64,000 nucleotides of DNA from Octopus vulgaris (Eukaryota): positions 38,998,001 to 39,062,000 of the forward strand of contig OX597817.1 of assembly GCA_951406725.2 (NCBI GenBank). The letters run 5' to 3'. Each line of letters opens with the position of its first letter. Position 1 is the stretch's first letter. Positions 57,733 to 64,000 of this stretch are shown piece by piece. The position numbers and the translations under genes were made by a program. The notes under the pieces were generated by a model. That model was not told the origin of the DNA. It worked only from the letters and a program-made list of their open reading frames with translations, and ran no database searches.

Positions 57733-59049
57733 GGTCCAGATGGGGGATATGTAAATGGAACCCTTTCCTCCTTAATTTTTTTTTTTTTATGGAATCTCAC
57801 GTTTTAGGCTATTCCGATTCTGAAAAAAAATTTTCAGAAATCGCAACTTCAGAATTTCAATTTCACTCTCCACCTCCCCATTTCTTCATTTTTCACTTTT
57901 CCGGGGGTGTTTTTTGGGAGGGGGGCGAAATGCGTACAAAAATACGGAGATTATGATTCTGAAAAAAAATTGTTCATAAAATTTCAATTTTTCAAAAAAA
58001 AAAAAAAAAAATTATCCCCATCGCCCCACCTCAAGCAGGCTATTTACATGCTAGAAATAACAGCCAAATCTCACAAAACTGCGATAACATAATGAAAGAA
58101 ATGTGCAATCAATCTACACGCTAAGAGTTGCTGAAGCATGGAACAAACTGCCGGCATCAGTTGTTAGTTGTCGGAGCACTGCATTCTTCAAAACTTCCAT
58201 GCTTCCTGAGATTCACCAACACTACACCCGATTTTCTCCCCCCCATACACACTTCCCAGACAGACATTACTGCATATGCTTTATACGCACTTTTGACAAG
58301 TTGTGGTGCACCTGAGCACTGCATACAATAATTTAATTATTATTACTCACTTTCCTGCAAAGATTTATTTCAGAGTGATTTCCCGCAATAATATGAAATT
58401 AAAGAGTATTTTTTTGTGTTCGAGAAATGTATAGAAATTCTGGAAGTTTGTCTTCGTAGTAAGTAAATCCATACATTTCTCGTTATATTGATTCATCGAC
58501 GCGTAGCCATTTCATGTCGCCCGATGATCCAGTCACATACTTTAGTCGTCTTTTGATACGGGACCAATAGGCCTCAAAGTAGTTCGTGCAAGCGCCAGTT
58601 TCAGGATCGACGAAATTCTTTGAATGGTTAACCGTTCTGTGAATGTAACCCAGCTGGCCCATTTGTCTGTATGTATTATAGTAACAGACAACACATTTTC
58701 AATTATAACAGCTTCTAGTGTTGCTGCGCTTCTATCGCAGTTTGTGAGATTTGGCTGTTATTTCTGGCATGTAAATGGCCTGCTTGAGGTGGGGGCGATA
58801 GGGGGGTAATTTTTTTTTTTTTTTGAAAAATTGAAATTATACAAACAATTTTTTTTTCAGAATCATAATCTCCGTATTTTTGTACGCATTTCGCAAAAAA
58901 AAAAAAAAATTCTGGAAAAAGTGAAAAATTAAGAAATGGGGAGGGGAGGGGTGACATTGAAATTTTGAAGTTGCAATTTTTGAAAAATTTTTTTTCAGAA
59001 TCGGAATTAAGAGGGGAAGGGTTCCGTTTACATATCCTCCATCTGGACC
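57733..59049 (-). mobile_element. Merlin (IS1595-like) DNA transposon, internally deleted, with ~320-350-bp TIRs
   Basis: Termini GGTCCAGATGG / CCATCTGGACC and perfect 8-bp TSD GATAAAAT. The internal - strand remnant at about 58420-58690 reads TIIHTD..GYIHRTVNHSKNFVDPETGACTNYFEAYWSRIK..DES, the ISXO2-type DDE C-terminus. Confidence 0.9.
58100..58345 (+). mobile_element. CR1/L2-type LINE 3' fragment nested in the Merlin element
   Basis: YTLRVAEAWNKLPASVV..FK C-terminal motif, AATAA plus (ATT)n tail. Confidence 0.65.
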
Positions 59050-59817
59050 GATAAAATATATATCTGACAAAGTTATGATTATATCAAATATTAGTGACTC
59101 AATTGTTTTGTATAGGGGACAAAAACAATAAATGATGCATCTAACTCTGATGAAGTCACTATTATGAATGAATCGAACAATTGTTAAAAGTACAATTTAT
59201 ACAATTACATACACATTTCATCGTTAACATTAAGTATAAAATATGTAATTGACAATTAAAAAAAAATAACAAGACAAATCTAAGGGACATAACTCTAATG
59301 GATTTAAGCTTTTCTGTTTTTCTTCCTTTTCCTCCACGAAGACCATCAGGATATTCGAGGAGCACGGATTTTTCAAATTCATTTTTTGTACCACATCGGT
59401 GAAAACGGACAAAATCCAACTTGTGTAGGTATGCCCAAGTGGACGTAGAGAAGTGTGTCCCCACTCCACGACCTTGTGCTAAATTCCATTTATAAACATT
59501 CATGTTTCTAAAAGTAATGAGGAAACAAAGTTGATTCGTGTGTATTTTTCGAAACTCCAATTTCAGTCCTTTGGAAAATTTTTTTTAAATCAAATTCCGC
59601 TATAATTGGAATCTATACCATTTGAAAAGCATTTATAGAAAACTTCGTTTAAAAAAATATCAATTTTTCTGAAAGTTATAAGGAAACAAAGTTAATGGGG
59701 GTACATTAGGTATGTCGGATGAGCTATTCCGAAAATCCGCCTAAGCACCAACACACATACACATAAAGCTTTAAAAAGACATACACACAGAAATAGTTGT
59801 AACATCAAGAGACTCAC

Positions 59818-59900
59818 CGACATCAAACACGGTCATGTGTAGAGGAACAAACAGTAATTGTCGCACTCTGAGATCGACTTGATCACCTCCGAAGTAGCCA
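59818..59900 (-). promoter_or_regulatory. Candidate first (5' UTR) exon / promoter region of the MoaC gene
   Basis: Strong donor G/GTGAGT at 59818/59817 (-) in a locally CpG-enriched, non-repeat-looking segment. The 5' limit is unknown. Confidence 0.3.
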
Positions 59901-61093
59901 CCTAGAATTTATAGACATATAGATATATCCAGACTGTTTATACCGTGCAATTTCATCGATGTGTGTCGGAGTGTGCCTTATAGTCTTCAACTTCACAGAG
60001 ACGAGGAATAAATAGAAACGTACATCTGGATATAAGCTCGTCGGTCGGACGGCTATCTGCATGCCATAAGATTGATCTGGGGCTTCACAACAACCCAAGA
60101 CTATATAAAAGTTACTTAGTTCACTTGTATTGGAATTTGCTTTTAGTCAAGAGTAATTTTCTTATCGTACGCAATATCTTCTATTAATAGATATATGATT
60201 AAGAAACAAATGTCTTCATATTTCAGTATTTAAAGAAAGAAAATATATAATGAAACTAATTCGAAATGTCCTCTGTTTTATAGTAAAACATGCAAAACTT
60301 ATATTGGCAATCTTTCGTCTCTAGTAGACCTTTCCGTCGATTTCCGTAAAAAACTGATCGCCCTTATATTTATGTACTTGTCATCATTTGAGATGAAAAC
60401 ATTGGAATAGCGTTTTTTGAAAAATAATAAATTCTGAATGTTTCTGTACAATTTCAAATGTTTTAATTTTTTCTTTTCAAGGGTGAAAAATGTTGTAACA
60501 CATGTAAACAACACTTTAAAGGGAGGAAAGCGGCGTGATTCAAATTGGGACTTATAATAATGGGGAATAGTAAAAGATTTTACCGAAACGAATAAGTAAA
60601 ATATTTAAACTAGGTAAATCATAAATTCCATTAAAATTTTTAATTTTGATTTTTTTCCCAAAAATTTTATTTAGTTCATAATTTTTTGAACTACTTTTAC
60701 TTATATAAATAAGACAGTCGTATTCCCTTCTTGTACCTAAACATATTTTGTGTGACAAATTTTCCTCGAGAGGAAGTATTACATATGTACAGTAAAAGGA
60801 ATAAGTTTCTTTTTCTTTTACAAAATTGGAATCTTCCTTATTCAAGGCAAAAATGAATCTTAAATGTACTTTTGGGAAAATACATTAAAAATTGGAATTG
60901 TAGAAATGATGCATTTCAGGAAAGCCAAATCAGATTTTTATATATCCCATGGTCTTAATTTTGAATACGTTGCTTCCCTCCTATTTTATTCTCACCCAGT
61001 TTATAAATTGAATTGTAAACTTAAGAGAAAACATTCTTAGACAAAATCCAAGAAATCTTGGGGGGAAAAAAAGTTTCTTTACGCAGAATATGA

Positions 61094-61735
61094 TCACAGA
61101 GAATAGAAAGTGGCAATCCAAAACAAAAGATTTCCCAATGTATGAGGTGTGGGGAAAGTCTGTCTGAAATAATTGCCAGCATCATCAAAGCCACCGAGAT
61201 TTTTGTCGTAAACAAGCATACACCTACGACAAATATCACCCACAAAGTCAAACCAGCCCGCTACCGTACGCTCCGATACTCGTATCTCATTTAATAGCAT
61301 TTTCCGAGGACAGTCGGTTGACCATAAGTAGAGCAGCTGAGTAGCTTTGTAAAGAGGTAATTTAGATTTTGAGAAAATAGATCCTTCCCGTACCGATTTT
61401 TCTTTCTTACACTTACGACAATTCCATTTCTTCACGTCTGTTGGATATTTAGCGACATCTGCAACAAGACGCATGGGTTCTTGACACTGTTCGCAATTTC
61501 TCGTGTTCGCTAGTAGGTTGTGTTTTGTAAGCCATCGCATCGTTCCCTCCAAATCTCGACTGTTGACACCATCAAGAATCATTTGCTCAAAACTTATTTC
61601 CAAATTGCACAAATCTCCTAAAGGTATTGGTGAAATATTTTCAGGAAGGATTGAAGTAGGATTGCGTGGTCTTGGCATAATAGTGAAGTTAGAAATGACT
61701 AAACACCCGCACACGGAAGTAGAACAGTATTTCAT
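61094..61735 (-). pseudogene. Merlin/IS1595-family transposase N-terminal half (zinc ribbon + HTH), truncated before the first catalytic Asp
   Basis: WL..HNLL..C..C...M...WNCRKC.KEKSVREGSIFSKSKLPL...LLYLW...VSERTVAGW..F..DIC...LGG; homology is lost after GGFDDAGN. Confidence 0.8.
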
Positions 61736-62444
61736 TTTCTAAGAAAGTGAAAGTGTAGAATAGTAAATTCTGTTGTCTGGGGAGAGTGATTTTCTTTTTG
61801 TGCCTTACAAAAAGAAAATGACTCTCCCCAGACAAAACAGAACATGCTTCAACACACGAACTCATATAAAGAATCTTGCAAACCAAATCCCAAAACGAAA
61901 TAGAATAGTAAAGTTTCGCTTTTAACATTATTATAAATACTAGCATAGTATTTATGAAAGAAAATAACATTATCAATACAATGAGAGAAACCATTGATAA
62001 ATGTAAGCAATCGAATAAATATGTGCATATACACAGAATTAGATACGGTTGTAACGTCTCGGGTGAAAATATCGGCCTCATAATGAGAGTATATATATAT
62101 ATGTAATTAATATAATATAATATAAATATATGTATATATACATACGTATATGTACATACCAACATATATATGTATATATACATGCATATATGGGTACAGG
62201 ACGTCAACAGACGTAAACAAAATGAGAAACGAGAACATAAAAAGCAAAAGCATAGAAAACGAACTTTTTTTTCGAACAACGAAAGAAACAAATAGAGAAA
62301 CGAGACAGGCAACAAAAAGAACATTCCCTTCATCAGTATTCCCCTGTTTTATATATTCCGTGTTTTGAAGGTAGGGACAAGACGTGACTTGGTTAAAACA
62401 GTCCTTCTCGCAAAGCAAATTAAATAAAATTTGAGATTTTTTAA

Positions 62445-62476
<32 letters not shown>

Positions 62477-62783
62477 GTTATGTGGACAATATGTATGCAC
62501 GTTATATAATTTCCTTTTGTACCCACCACCCATAAAATTTTTTTTAAATATGGACCCTTTACTCAGTTTATTGTTTTGTTCCTTGTCCGTCCACTAATGG
62601 CCTCATCTCGACCTTGTCTTGTTTTGTTGTGTTTCGGTCCCATGCCAGCAAGTTTCTCGCCGGTGGCTCCAGAATTGGGCAAGGAGACAGTAAAACAAAC
62701 TGTCTCTCTCTCACAAGGTCTTTTTCAATTTCTATCCAGATCTATTCACAACGCTTTCATTGGTCCTACAATATAGCATAAAA

Positions 62784-62823
<40 letters not shown>

Positions 62824-64000
62824 TCATCGTTTAACGTCCATTTTCCATGCTAGCATGGGTTGGACGACTTGACTGAGGACTGGCGAACCAGATAGCTGCA
62901 CCAGGCTCCAATCTGATCTGGCAGTTTCTATAGCTGGATGCCCTTCCTAACACCAAGCACTCCGAGTGTAGTGGGTGCTTTTACGTGCCACCGGCATGAG
63001 GGCCAGTCTGACGGTACTGGCAATGACCACGCTCAAATGGTGTTTTTTACATGCCACCTGCAGGAGTCAGTTCAGCAGCACTGGCAACGACCTCACTTGA
63101 ATATATATATAACCTTCTTTATATATAAATATCTCTATCTGTGTATATATATGTATGTATCTACACATATGCATATGTATTCATATAAACCTATGCATGT
63201 ACATATGTGCATATATGGTTCTAGATGCATGCATGTTTGTTTCCATTTCTTAGAGTGGTGAAATCTGTAAAATGTTATTCTCTTCTTAGAAAAGCAAATA
63301 TTTTGAAAACAAGAGTTCTATGCTTAATTTCATATATATTATTTATATATATATGTATGTGTGTGTGTGTGAAGCTGATAAACTAAATATAATTTATGAT
63401 AAAAATTAGCAGTTTTATTTTGATTAAAACAGCAGTGACTTACAACAGTGCAAAACCATTTTGCCTGCATTTAGTGTCTCTGATCATCTCTTACTCCATT
63501 TGTTGTTTTACTCTTCTTTTCCGAGTGTGATCAAGATACATATTGCATTTTATTATATGTAAGATAGTTACTGTGAAATATTGGATTGTGGAGGCCAGGT
63601 AGTTGATCATGATTTCTGAGTTGGGAATGAAAGTAGATGGTGAACTGATATATTGAACATGTGCACAAGAAATACATGGTTGAGTCACAAGTTTATTCAT
63701 ATTACGAGCTTTAATTAATAGTTCAAACAAATTACATACAAAAAGCATTAATTCATCAAAATATACCCCATCATAATCTATTGTCTGTTACTATTGTTGT
63801 ACCAGAAGCTCGACTCCATGCTTATACAATTTGGCTGGTTTAGAGGCAAAAAAACTCCCTGCATCTGTTTTCAACCTCCATCCATGCAAGAAATGAGCCA
63901 TGGTTTAGAAAAGGTGGTAATCTATGGTACAAGGTTTGGACTGTAAGCTGAGTGAGGCAGCATTTACAGTCCCTCAAGTTTGTACTTGGTCGTATTGGCT

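Noticed and set aside
61689-62529. Long hydrophobic ORFs (214 aa, 140 aa)
   Set aside because: Derived from AT-rich and microsatellite sequence (YIYI/VCVC runs) with no domain signal; the same applies to the many HTHT/CVCV ORFs across the window

Overview
AT-rich, repeat-dense metazoan genomic DNA. The SINE/RTE repeat families and (CA)n/(TA)n tracts suggest an octopod cephalopod (inference). The + strand carries the last 22 coding exons (456-51574; 2568 nt spliced, 855 aa, one open frame, GT-AG introns) of CFAP70/TTC18, whose 5' exons lie upstream of the window. Convergent on the - strand is a single-exon MoaC/MOCS1B-type cyclic pyranopterin monophosphate synthase ORF (53731-54504) with its own ATG and a mitochondrial-presequence-like N-terminus; no MOCS1A exon is recognisable in the window. 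Introns and intergenic DNA hold a Helitron 3' half and tandem non-autonomous Helitrons, mariner/Tc1 relics, a HERO-like RLE LINE, RTE and CR1/L2 fragments, hAT/piggyBac/pogo MITEs with intact TSDs, Merlin (IS1595-like) relics and many SINEs. The most unusual items are the apparent uncoupling of MoaC from MoaA and small Penelope-like direct/inverted-repeat cassettes carrying a hammerhead ribozyme or a tRNA-like Pol III unit. All exon and repeat calls were read by eye; no database search was run.
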